This document shows positions 48,782-57,690 of a DNA stretch of 64,000 nt, in pieces. Origin of the DNA: Myxococcota bacterium (lineage in GTDB: Bacteria > Myxococcota_A > UBA796 > UBA2385); NCBI GenBank assembly GCA_044344255.1, contig JBIJDH010000023.1, positions 64,001-128,000 of the forward strand, given 5' to 3'. A program made the position numbers and the translations under genes. Positions within the stretch are counted from its first letter, which is position 1. Every line of letters begins with the position of its first letter. The notes under the pieces are model-generated. The model saw only the letters and a program-made list of their open reading frames with translations, was not told the origin of the DNA and did not search any database.

Positions 48782-50098
48782 TCAAGGGTCTCCGAGCAGC
48801 CGATCGACGGCGTCGACGAGGCGGTCGGCCATCTCGACGGTGAAGCAGAGCGGCGGCCGCACCTTGAGCACACACTGGTGGGGCCCGCTCACGCTGATGA
48901 GGATGTGATCCTCGTCGCGGAGGCGGTTGACGAGGCGGGTGGCGCGGGGGCCGGCGGGGGCGCGGGTCTCGCGGTCTTCGACGAGCTCGACGCCGAAGGC
49001 GAAGCCCGCGCCCCGCACGTCGCCGATGCAGGCGTGGCGGGCCTGGAGGGCCAGGAAGCGCTCTCGGAGGTGGTCGCCCACGACGCGGGCGTTCTCCTGG
49101 AGGCCCTCGTCGCGCAGCACGTCGAGGACGGCGGTGGCGGCGGCGATAGAGACAGGGTTGCCGCCGAAGGTGTTGAAGTAGCGGCCCTGCTCGGCGAAGG
49201 CGGCGACGAGGGCCGGCCGGGCGGCCACGGCGGCGATGGGGTGGCCGTTGCCCATCGGCTTGCCCATCGTGACGAGATCAGGGACGAGGCCGTGCCGGGC
49301 GAAGCCCCAGAAGGCCTCTCCGGTGCGGCCGAAGCCGGGCTGGACCTCGTCGGCGATGAAGAGGCCGCCCGCCGCGCGGATGGCCGCCGCCGCCGGGGCG
49401 AGGAAGCCCGCGGGCGACACGAAATTGCCGTCGCTCGTGAACGCCGTGTCGACCAGCAGGGCGGCGGGCGCGACCCCGGCGGCGCGGAGCTCGGCCACCC
49501 CCCGCTCCACCTCGCGGGCGAAGGCGGCGCCGACGTCTCCCTTGCCCCGATAGGCGTCGGGCGGGGACAGGAAGCGGACGGTGTCGGTCTCTTGAATGGC
49601 GGGGCCGAGGGAGGGGGACAGGCCGCTGATGAGGGCGGTGGTGCCGTGATAGGCCGCGCGGGTGACGAGCAGGCCGCGCCCGCCGGTGGCGGCGAAGGCG
49701 ACGCGGCAGGCGAGGTCATTCGCCTCGCTGCCGGTGCAGGTGAAGAGCAGGTTGCCGATGGCCTCGGGCATCGTCGAGAGCAGGCGCTCGGCGTAGTCGA
49801 GGATGCCCTCGTGGAGGTAGCGGGTGTGCGTGTTGAGGCGCGCCGCCTGGGCGGCGATGGCGGCCACCACCGCGGGGTGGCTGTGGCCGACGCTCGGCAC
49901 GTTGTTGTAAGCGTCGAGGTAGCGCACGCCGTCTGCGGTCACGAGGGTGCAGCCCTCGCCGGCGACGAAGTGCAGCGGCCGCTCGTAGAAGAGCCGATAG
50001 GCTGGCCCGAGCAGGCGCTGGCGGCGCGCGATGAGGGCGGCCTCCGCAGGGGGGATGCCCTCGCCGAGGACGTAGGCGGCGCCCATGAAGTCACGCAT
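48782..50098 (-). CDS. Class III PLP aminotransferase / phospho-lyase (AGXT2L-like)
   Basis: YLDAYNNVPSVGHSHP, NTHTRYL, FIADEVQPGFGRTG, VTMGKPMGNG, FNTFGGNP. Confidence 0.92.
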   Translation of the reverse strand: MRDFMGAAYVLGEGIPPAEAALIARRQRLLGPAYRLFYERPLHFVAGEGCTLVTADGVRYLDAYNNVPSVGHSHPAVVAAIAAQAARLNTHTRYLHEGILDYAERLLSTMPEAIGNLLFTCTGSEANDLACRVAFAATGGRGLLVTRAAYHGTTALISGLSPSLGPAIQETDTVRFLSPPDAYRGKGDVGAAFAREVERGVAELRAAGVAPAALLVDTAFTSDGNFVSPAGFLAPAAAAIRAAGGLFIADEVQPGFGRTGEAFWGFARHGLVPDLVTMGKPMGNGHPIAAVAARPALVAAFAEQGRYFNTFGGNPVSIAAATAVLDVLRDEGLQENARVVGDHLRERFLALQARHACIGDVRGAGFAFGVELVEDRETRAPAGPRATRLVNRLRDEDHILISVSGPHQCVLKVRPPLCFTVEMADRLVDAVDRLLGDP

Positions 50099-51179
50099 GT
50101 TCGGGGGCCCTCTCGGCGATGGCGAGGCGCTCGAGCGCCTTCGACTCGACAGCGAGGCGCTCGAGCGCCTTCGACTCGACAGCGAGGCGCTCGAGCGCCT
50201 CGCCCATGATCGCGATGCTGCGGGTGAGGTAGGGGGCGTTGTCGGGGAAGAGGCCGGCCCGCCAGGCGCCGATGCAGCAGGACATCGCGCAGCGGGCGGC
50301 GATGAGGGCGGGGAGCAGCTCAAGCTCGGCCGCCTCGAGGGGGAGGCCCGCCTGATAGGCGGCCGACAGACAGGCGACGTCTCCGGCCGGGTCTTCGCTC
50401 CGCGAATAGACGTAGCTCGCCGCCACCGCCAGCTCTTGGACGCGGGGGGCGAAGGTGAGGTCACCGAAGTCAAAGACGCCGCCGATCTCGTCCGGCACCT
50501 CGGCGCGGGCGAGCACGTTGGCCGGGTTGGCGTCGTTGTGGATGACCTGGTGGGGCAGGGCGGCGAGGCCGGGCTCCACCTCGGCGGCGAAGCGGTCGAG
50601 GGCGTGGGCGGCGAGGGCCCGCACCCGAGGGTCAGCGATGCCGGGGAGGAGGGGCCGGAGGCGCGCGGCGCGCTGCAGGTCCCAGAGGAGGTCGGGCTCG
50701 GTGGGGGGGCCCGCGTAGGTGGCGAGGCCGCGGTCGAGGCGGGCGAGGGCGGCGCCGAAAGAGCGGAGCAGGGGCCGGGAGAAGGGGCGGAGCTCGGCCA
50801 AGGGGACGCCGGGCACCCAGGTGAGCAGGCGGAGGGACTGGGGCCCGGCGCCGAGCTCGACCCGCACGACACCGTCGCCCTGCGGGGGGTAGGGCAGGAG
50901 GGGGCGACAGACCCGCGGCACCGGGAAGGAGGGGTCGACCGCGGCGAGGTGGTCGAGGGCCGCGTTCTGGGCCAGCAGGTCGGCCAGGGGGTCAGCCGGG
51001 TGCTGCACCTTGAGCACGAAGTCGCCCGCGGCGCCGGTGGCGATGCGGAAATTGAGGTCACTCTCGCCGTCCTGGGCCCGGGCTTGCCCGGTGATGCCCC
51101 AGTGGCGGAGGGCGAGGGCGGCGGCCTCCGCCTCGGAGACGGGGGGCGGCGCTTCGGTGAAGGTGCGGCTCTCGAGCAT
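50091..51179 (-). CDS. APH-family phosphotransferase (hydroxylysine kinase-like)
   Basis: GESDLNF, FVLKV, LLWDL, IHNDANPANVL, VFDFGD. Confidence 0.88.
   Translation of the reverse strand: MLESRTFTEAPPPVSEAEAAALALRHWGITGQARAQDGESDLNFRIATGAAGDFVLKVQHPADPLADLLAQNAALDHLAAVDPSFPVPRVCRPLLPYPPQGDGVVRVELGAGPQSLRLLTWVPGVPLAELRPFSRPLLRSFGAALARLDRGLATYAGPPTEPDLLWDLQRAARLRPLLPGIADPRVRALAAHALDRFAAEVEPGLAALPHQVIHNDANPANVLARAEVPDEIGGVFDFGDLTFAPRVQELAVAASYVYSRSEDPAGDVACLSAAYQAGLPLEAAELELLPALIAARCAMSCCIGAWRAGLFPDNAPYLTRSIAIMGEALERLAVESKALERLAVESKALERLAIAERAPEHA
50122..50200. repeat. 30-bp tandem repeat, ~2.6 copies, each with the perfect palindrome AGGCGCTCGAGCGCCT
   Basis: Encodes (ALERLAVESK)n at the kinase C-terminus. 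Confidence 0.88.
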
Positions 51180-51258
51180 CCCGACCGCTACCACGGGCCC
51201 CGGCGCCGCGCCCTTCCCAGAGGGGCCGAAGGCCGGTACAAGGGGCCGGAGGTCTACC

Positions 51259-51966
51259 ATGCGCGCGCTCTCCCTCCTCTTGCCCCTTGTTGCCCTCGCC
51301 TGCTCCGCCGACAAAGGGGGGAGCGGTGACGATGGCGCGGACGGCGCCGCCGACTCGGGAGGGACCGACGGCACCGACGGCACCGATGGGACGGATGGCG
51401 CTGACGGGACCGACGGCACCGACGGCACCGACGGCACCGACGGCGCCGACGGCGCCGACGGCGGCGCCCCGATGACGCTCAGCGCCCCCGGATTCCTGTC
51501 CTCGGAGGGCCATGAGCTCGCCGATCGCTGCGCCTTCAAGCTCCCCCCCGAGAGCGCCTGTGAGGGGCCGAGCCCGGAGCTCGTCTGGACTGACATCCCC
51601 GCCGGCGCCGTCGAGCTGGTGCTGCTGCTCGACGATCCGGACGCTGGGGACTGGCCGCACTGGGCGGTCGTGCACCTCCCCGCTGACGGGGCGGGCCTCG
51701 CGGCGGCGGTCAGCCAGTCCGGGGCGACGAGCAGCCTCCCCGCCGGCGCGGTCGAGCTCGAGAACGGCGCGGGCTACGCGGGCTACTACGGCTCCTGCCC
51801 CGGGCGGGCTCATGTCTATCGGTGGCGTCTGTGGGCCGTCTCCGAGCCGGTCGAGGACCCGGGCCTGCCGAACGCGAAGAACAACTTCTCGGCCCTGGCC
51901 ACCGCGGCAGAGGGTGTCTCCCTCGGCAGCGCCGAGCTCTGCCACATCTACGATCCCAACGAATAG
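51259..51966 (+). CDS. YbhB/YbcL (PEBP) family lipoprotein with (DGT/DGA)n linker
   Basis: GGAGG RBS, ALAC lipobox; SPELVW, DDPDA, HW, YYGSCP, HVYRWRLWA. Confidence 0.85.
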   Translation: MRALSLLLPLVALACSADKGGSGDDGADGAADSGGTDGTDGTDGTDGADGTDGTDGTDGTDGADGADGGAPMTLSAPGFLSSEGHELADRCAFKLPPESACEGPSPELVWTDIPAGAVELVLLLDDPDAGDWPHWAVVHLPADGAGLAAAVSQSGATSSLPAGAVELENGAGYAGYYGSCPGRAHVYRWRLWAVSEPVEDPGLPNAKNNFSALATAAEGVSLGSAELCHIYDPNE

Positions 51967-52119
51967 GTCCGATCCAAACCAGCTGGAGCGATCCGAGCCG
52001 GGCGGCCAGGGCCTCCTTCGGGGATATCGGCGGCGGAGGTCGTTGCGGTCGCCGATCTCGAGCGGTACAAACATCGGGTGCAGCGGTCGCCCCCACCCAC
52101 CCCCGCCTCTCCGTCCGCG

Positions 52120-53013
52120 ATGGGGCGCGCGCTTGTCTGGCTGCGCCTGCAGAGCGGCTCGCTCGTGGCCCTGGGGCACGGTGACTTCATCGGCCGGGTC
52201 TGGACGGCGGCGCTGATCCTCGATGACCCCCGCGTCTCCGAAGGGCACGCGATGGTCAGCCTCCGCGGCGGGGAGCTCTGGATCCTCGCCCTGCGGCGCC
52301 GAGTGGCGGTGGACGGGCGGAGCGTGGGGGAGGCGAGGCTCGAGGCCGGGCAGACCATCGAGCTCGCCGACCGCCTCTCCTTCCTGGTCGAGCGCGTGGA
52401 GCTGCCCGATCGGGTGCTCGCCGTCGAGGCCGAGGGCCTCCCCGCGGTGGCCCTGCCGGCGGTGGCCTCCCTCCGCGGCCGGCCGCGCCCGAGCGTGATC
52501 GGGCGCCACGATCCGGAGGCCCCCTGCCTCATCTGGACCACCGGCGAGGGCTGGCGGCGGATGAGCGACGGGCTCACCGTGGCGGTCGAGGTCGGGGACG
52601 CCTGGGAGGTCGAGGGGCTGCGCTTCCGGGCCGTCTGGCTCGCCCTGTCCGGGGGCGGCGCGACCCGCATCACCGGCGGGGTGGACCCCCCGCTGCGCAT
52701 CACCGTCTCCTTTGACACCGCCCAGGTGCAGCGCGGGGGAGATCCGCCGGTGCTCCTGTCGGGGCAGCCGGCGCGGGTGCTCTCCGAGCTCGTGGCCTTC
52801 GGCGGGCCGGCGGCCTGGGAGGTGGTGGCGGCGGAGATCTGGCCCGACGAGACCGAGGACCACCTGCTCCGCAAGAAGTGGGACGTCGTGCTCGGCCGGC
52901 TGCGCGCGCGGCTCCGCGAGGGGCGCGTGCGGCCCGACCTCGTCCGCGCCGCCGGCACCGGCCAGGTCGAGCTCTTGCTCCGCCCCGGTGACGTGGTCGA
53001 AGACAAGACCTGA
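52120..53013 (+). CDS. FHA-domain protein with C-terminal winged-helix domain
   Basis: IGR...LDDPRVSEGHA FHA core; C-terminal ARVLSELV...VAAEIWP...VVLGRLRARL. Confidence 0.75.
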   Translation: MGRALVWLRLQSGSLVALGHGDFIGRVWTAALILDDPRVSEGHAMVSLRGGELWILALRRRVAVDGRSVGEARLEAGQTIELADRLSFLVERVELPDRVLAVEAEGLPAVALPAVASLRGRPRPSVIGRHDPEAPCLIWTTGEGWRRMSDGLTVAVEVGDAWEVEGLRFRAVWLALSGGGATRITGGVDPPLRITVSFDTAQVQRGGDPPVLLSGQPARVLSELVAFGGPAAWEVVAAEIWPDETEDHLLRKKWDVVLGRLRARLREGRVRPDLVRAAGTGQVELLLRPGDVVEDKT

Positions 53014-53105
53014 GGGCCGAGACCGGAGGCCCCCTCCCTCGCCGATCACACAGGGCGGGCCAAGGGCGGTCCCGGCGAGGGGGCGTCAGGATACCCTGGG
53101 CGCCC

Positions 53106-56100
53106 ATGAGCCGAGACCGAGACACCTGGGACCCCGCCGCCAGCGGCCCGCCGATCAGCGGCCCGATGGGCAGCGACGGGCCGGTCGAGTCGGGCGCGGC
53201 CGTCGAGAGCGGCCCCGGCCTCACCTCCGGCCCCGACCTCGTGCGACCGGCGGCCTCGGAGGTCGCCGACGACGCGCGCTACGCCCGCGACGGCACGCTC
53301 GGCCGGGGAGGGATGGGGGTCGTCTACCTCGCGCACGATCGCCGCCTCGGCCGCGCCATCGCCCTCAAGGAGGCGGCCCGCGGCGGGGAGGTCGCGCGGC
53401 GCCTCCAGCGCGAGGCCAAGGTGACGGCCTCCCTCGAGCACCCCGGCATCGTGACCGTGCACGACAGCGGGCTCACCGCCGCGGGGCGGCCCTTCTACAC
53501 GATGCGCCTGCTGCGTGGCCGCCCCTTCTCGGCGGCCATCGCCGAGCAGGTCAGCCTCGAGGGGCGGTTGGGGCTGCTCCGGCGGTACCTCGACGCCTGC
53601 AACGCGGTCGCCTACGCCCACGCCGAGGGGGTGGTCCACCGCGACCTCAAGCCGGCGAACATCATGGTCGGCGGCTTCGGCGAGACACAGGTGGTGGACT
53701 GGGGGCTGGCCGCCCGGGTGGGCGGCGCGGCCAGGGTCGAGCCCGCGGGCGGGGAGGTCGACGGCGACCCCACCGCCACCCGCAGCGGCGCGGTGCTCGG
53801 CACCCCCGCGTACATGAGCCCCGAGCAGGCCCGCGGAGAGCCGGTGGGCCCTGCCGCCGACGTGTGGAGCCTCGGCGCCATCCTCTATGAGCTCCTGTCG
53901 GGGCGCCTCCCCCGCGAGCGCGGCTCGAGCGACGAGGTGCTGGCGCGGGCGCGCGAGGGGGAGGTGCCCTCACCGCGCGGCCTCGAGGCCCCGCCGGAGC
54001 TGGTGGCCATCGCGGAGAGGGCCCTCGCCCTGGACGTCGCCGACCGCTACCCCGACGCCGCCGCGCTCGCCGCCGACGTCGCCGCCTACCTCGACGGGCG
54101 GCGGGTGGGGGCGCACGAGTACAGCCCCCTCGAGCTGCTCCGCCGGCTCGTCCGCGCCTGGCGGGCGCCGCTGCTCGTGGGGGCCCTCGCGGCGCTCGCC
54201 CTCCTGGCCTCGATCGCCTGGAGCGGCCTCCGCCTCCAGCGGGAGAGCGAGCGGGTCGCCGCGGCGGAGCGAGAGACCCGGAGCGCCCTCGAGGTGTCCG
54301 ACGAGAACCTGTCGGCGGCGCTGGTGGCCGAGTCGCGGACCGCGCTCCGGGGCGGCTCGACGGCGGTGGCGGCGGTGCTCGCCAGCCACGCCATCACGCT
54401 GACCGACGCGCCGGAGGCCTGGGGGGTGCTGGCCGGCGTCGCGGTCGAGTCGCGGTCGGAGCGCCTCTCTCAGGAGCCCCTGCCCGCGTGCAATTTCCAC
54501 GCGCTCCTCGGGGAGGCGGAGCTGCTCTGCATCCGCTCGGACAGCCTCTCGTTGCTGCACGCTGGTGAGGTGCGGTGGTCGGTCCCGGGCGCCTTCGCCT
54601 GGGTCCGCGCGGAGGGCCAGCAGGTGGTGGCCGGCCAGGGCCCCACGCAGGTGAACATTTATGACCTCGGCAGCGGGCGCGCCCTCGACGAGGGCCTGAT
54701 CGCCTTCGGGCTCTGGGGCCGGCGGACGCTGGCGGTCGACCCGGCGCAGTGGGGGATCTTCGGCGACACGCCCGCCCCGCTGGTCATGGCCCCGAAGATG
54801 TGCGGGGGCGCGGGCTTCGAGGCCTTCTCGCCGATGCCCCGCCAGGGCGCGTATGCGGTGGTCTGCGACGACGGGCGCATCGGGGCCGCGACGATGGGGC
54901 AGTACCCGACCCGCTACTTGGAGCCGATCGCGACTTACGCTGAGTTCTCGGGTGTGCTCGGGATCGAGCCGACCCCCGATGGGCGCGGCGTCGTGTTCGG
55001 CGGCGCCAAGGGAGACCTCGCGGTGGTCGACCTCGAGCGCGGCCTGCTCGCTCGCGACCGGACCGCGGGCGGGGAGGGGGTCCTGGTGATCGCGATCTCG
55101 GCGGACGGCTCCCGGGTGGCGTTGGCGGGTGACCGGGGAGACGTGGAGGTGCACGAGATCCCCGGCCTCGGGCTCCTGGCGCGGCTGCCCGCCTCGCTCG
55201 TGCGCGACCTGCTCTTCCTGCCCGACGGCACGCTGCTCGTCGCGGATGGGACCACCTTGTCGCGCTGGCGCCTGCCGAAGCAGCGGACGCCCGGCGTCTT
55301 CCGCGCCCGGAACGGCGTGACGGCGGCGATATTCTCGCCCGACGGCTCCAGCCTCGCCACCGCACATGGTCGAGAGCAGGCGCGGATCCTCGAGCTGCCC
55401 TCGGGCCGGCTCGGCGCGGCGCTCGACATCGGCACGGCGACGGCGAAGGGCGTGGCCTTCTCCCCAGACGGGAGCACGGCGTGGTTCAGCCTGGTGGGGG
55501 CGGAGGTCGGGGGGACCTGGCGGCCGGAGCCGCTGCGGCTGGACGGCGGGCCGGTGGAGCGCCTGTCGGACGCCCTGGTCGCCAGGCTCGTGCGAGAGGC
55601 GGGGTTCCCGCCCAGCGGCGCGTATACGACCCGTCGGATCGGGGTGCTCAAGGATGGCACGCTGATCGGGCTCTCCTACGTGCCCGGGGTGATCCTCACG
55701 ATCGACACGCTCACCCACACAGGCCTGTCTTTGGAGGGATGCCCCGCCGTGGAGTGGTTCGACCTCGGGCAGGCCCCCGGGGGAGAGGCGGCGGCGCTGG
55801 TCGGTGAGGGCGGCGTGGTCACCGTGATCCGGCCCGAGCAGCCCCTCCGCTGCCGGCCGACCTTCACCGTGGACGACGCCTCGGCGGTCGATGTGGACGC
55901 CAGCGGCGACCGCCTCATCGTCGCCACCTCCGAGGTCTTGAGCCTGTACGACGCCGCAGGGGTCGAGCGCTGGCGGGTGGCGCACCCGACCCGCATCTAC
56001 GACGTGTCCATCTCGGCGGATGGGCGCTGGGTGGCCACCGGCGGGGGGGATCACAACGCGCGGCTCTATGACGGGGCCACCGGCGCGCTCCGGGCCATCT

Positions 56101-56297
56101 TCCCGGGCCACACCGAGCGGGTGAGCTCGGTCGACCTCCGCGCCGACGGCCGGCTGCTCGCCACCGGGAGCTGGGATGGCACGGCCCGCCTCTGGGGCCT
56201 CGACGTGCTCGATGTCCCCGCCGAGGTCCTCGACCAGCGGGCCGAGGCCGACTGGGGGCTCAGCCTCGCCGAGGCCCTGGCGGCCGCGGGGCGGTAG
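53106..56297 (+). CDS. Ser/Thr kinase with TM/hydrophobic segment and WD40 repeats
   Basis: LGRGGMGVV, HRDLKPAN, DWGLA, GTPAYMSPEQ; GHTERVSSV..LATGSWDGTARLW. Confidence 0.92.
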   Translation: MSRDRDTWDPAASGPPISGPMGSDGPVESGAAVESGPGLTSGPDLVRPAASEVADDARYARDGTLGRGGMGVVYLAHDRRLGRAIALKEAARGGEVARRLQREAKVTASLEHPGIVTVHDSGLTAAGRPFYTMRLLRGRPFSAAIAEQVSLEGRLGLLRRYLDACNAVAYAHAEGVVHRDLKPANIMVGGFGETQVVDWGLAARVGGAARVEPAGGEVDGDPTATRSGAVLGTPAYMSPEQARGEPVGPAADVWSLGAILYELLSGRLPRERGSSDEVLARAREGEVPSPRGLEAPPELVAIAERALALDVADRYPDAAALAADVAAYLDGRRVGAHEYSPLELLRRLVRAWRAPLLVGALAALALLASIAWSGLRLQRESERVAAAERETRSALEVSDENLSAALVAESRTALRGGSTAVAAVLASHAITLTDAPEAWGVLAGVAVESRSERLSQEPLPACNFHALLGEAELLCIRSDSLSLLHAGEVRWSVPGAFAWVRAEGQQVVAGQGPTQVNIYDLGSGRALDEGLIAFGLWGRRTLAVDPAQWGIFGDTPAPLVMAPKMCGGAGFEAFSPMPRQGAYAVVCDDGRIGAATMGQYPTRYLEPIATYAEFSGVLGIEPTPDGRGVVFGGAKGDLAVVDLERGLLARDRTAGGEGVLVIAISADGSRVALAGDRGDVEVHEIPGLGLLARLPASLVRDLLFLPDGTLLVADGTTLSRWRLPKQRTPGVFRARNGVTAAIFSPDGSSLATAHGREQARILELPSGRLGAALDIGTATAKGVAFSPDGSTAWFSLVGAEVGGTWRPEPLRLDGGPVERLSDALVARLVREAGFPPSGAYTTRRIGVLKDGTLIGLSYVPGVILTIDTLTHTGLSLEGCPAVEWFDLGQAPGGEAAALVGEGGVVTVIRPEQPLRCRPTFTVDDASAVDVDASGDRLIVATSEVLSLYDAAGVERWRVAHPTRIYDVSISADGRWVATGGGDHNARLYDGATGALRAIFPGHTERVSSVDLRADGRLLATGSWDGTARLWGLDVLDVPAEVLDQRAEADWGLSLAEALAAAGR

Positions 56298-56377
56298 GGG
56301 CGCGCCGGCCCGCGGGAGGTCGGCGCCCCCTGGCGTGCCCGCCAGCGCGCGCTTAGACGCCGCGCTCCGGAGGCGCC

Positions 56378-56779
56378 TTGCACGAGCTCCCCCTGTGGCG
56401 GCGCGCGCTCCGCCTGCTCTACTACCAGCACATCTACTCCGCGGTGCTCACGGCCGCGCTGATCTTCGGGGTCAAGACCGCGTCGGGGACTGCGTTGGTC
56501 ATCGGCTTCATCGTGGGTGCCATCGCGTATGCGCGTCTGCAACGCCCGGCCTTCTCGCCCACCGTGGACCGGCGTGAGCTCCTCCTGGTGGTCGGCGCCG
56601 CGACGGTCGCGTTCTATGTCGTCCTCACCGTGTTCATGCTGGTGACGCAGCCCGAGGCCCTGACCAACGTGGCGAATTCGCCGGCGGCGCTACGGATGAT
56701 GGCACGGGTGTACGCGGGCTATCCGGCGATGACGCTCGTGGGGCTCGGCCTCGGGCTCAACGGCGTGCGCCGCGGCTGA
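56378..56779 (+). CDS. Small multi-pass membrane protein
   Basis: TTG start after GGAGG; about four hydrophobic segments. Confidence 0.6.
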   Translation: MHELPLWRRALRLLYYQHIYSAVLTAALIFGVKTASGTALVIGFIVGAIAYARLQRPAFSPTVDRRELLLVVGAATVAFYVVLTVFMLVTQPEALTNVANSPAALRMMARVYAGYPAMTLVGLGLGLNGVRRG

Positions 56780-56961
56780 CCTGGCCGGGCACACGTTCGG
56801 GCACCGTGGGCGATGGCTGTTCGATTCTGGCTGACAAGCCCGCCGTGTCTTGCGCCCTATCCCCGCAGCGCGCCTGACCCGCGACCGATGGGGGATACGC
56901 CGCGATCTGCGCGTCGCCCGCGCGCTGGTTGTGGGATAGGAAGGGCCGCCCGGAGGGACAC

Positions 56962-57495
56962 ATGTTCGACGACGCCACGTGGCATGGGGACGCTACACAC
57001 CTCACCCGGTACCTCCGGTGGGCAAGCGACCGAGGGCTCCTGGCCGAGGCGCGCCCGGGGCTGTCGGACGTTGACCTCCTCGAGTCGTGTGACGGGAAGC
57101 TGACCAACGAGGATTTCACCGAGGAGGGGGGAGGTTTCACCGCCGACTATTACGAGCGCGGGCACATCGCGGAATTCCAACGGTCCGAGCCCGAAGCAGC
57201 CACCTTCCGCAGGCTCGACGCCCGCCTCTCGGAGTGGCGTCGCCGTGACCGTTCGTCCTGGCCGATCGTAAAGCGTCCGTCGCAGATGGACGAATGGCGC
57301 GCCGAGTGGGCTTCGCGGTGGCGCACCGGGTGGGCAATCGCAGGGGTCGGTTTGGCGATCATCCTGCTCAGCTTCATCTTCGAGAGCGTGCTGATGATGA
57401 TCGGTGGACTGTTCGTCATCGGCGGGGTCATGATCGCCGGCGTGATTCTGCCGCACCTCCGGGGTCGCGGGGCCGGGTCAGAGCAGGATGGTTGA
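56962..57495 (+). CDS. Hypothetical protein (DDAxWH...DGKLTxEDF..EG..F..YY motif domain) with two C-terminal TM helices
   Basis: GGAGGG RBS before ATG 56962; conserved-looking motif; hydrophobic hairpin. Confidence 0.65.
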   Translation: MFDDATWHGDATHLTRYLRWASDRGLLAEARPGLSDVDLLESCDGKLTNEDFTEEGGGFTADYYERGHIAEFQRSEPEAATFRRLDARLSEWRRRDRSSWPIVKRPSQMDEWRAEWASRWRTGWAIAGVGLAIILLSFIFESVLMMIGGLFVIGGVMIAGVILPHLRGRGAGSEQDG

Positions 57496-57690
57496 CACCT
57501 CGCCTCGGTCGTTGTGTGGTGCCTAACGCCGCGGGCACCAGCCCCCGCGAGGCCTCGACCCAGAGCTCGACGCGGGGGTCCTCGGAGGCCCGGCGCAATC
57601 ACGCCCTGACCCCATTCCGACCTCATTCCCCCTCGGCTAGTGTGCCAGGGAGCGCCGCAGGATGTGCTCCTCAGGTCGCGCGACTCCGTT

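Noticed and set aside
50091..51179. Aminoglycoside resistance gene
   Set aside because: Coupling to a class III PLP enzyme and the HNDAN motif fit a metabolic kinase better.
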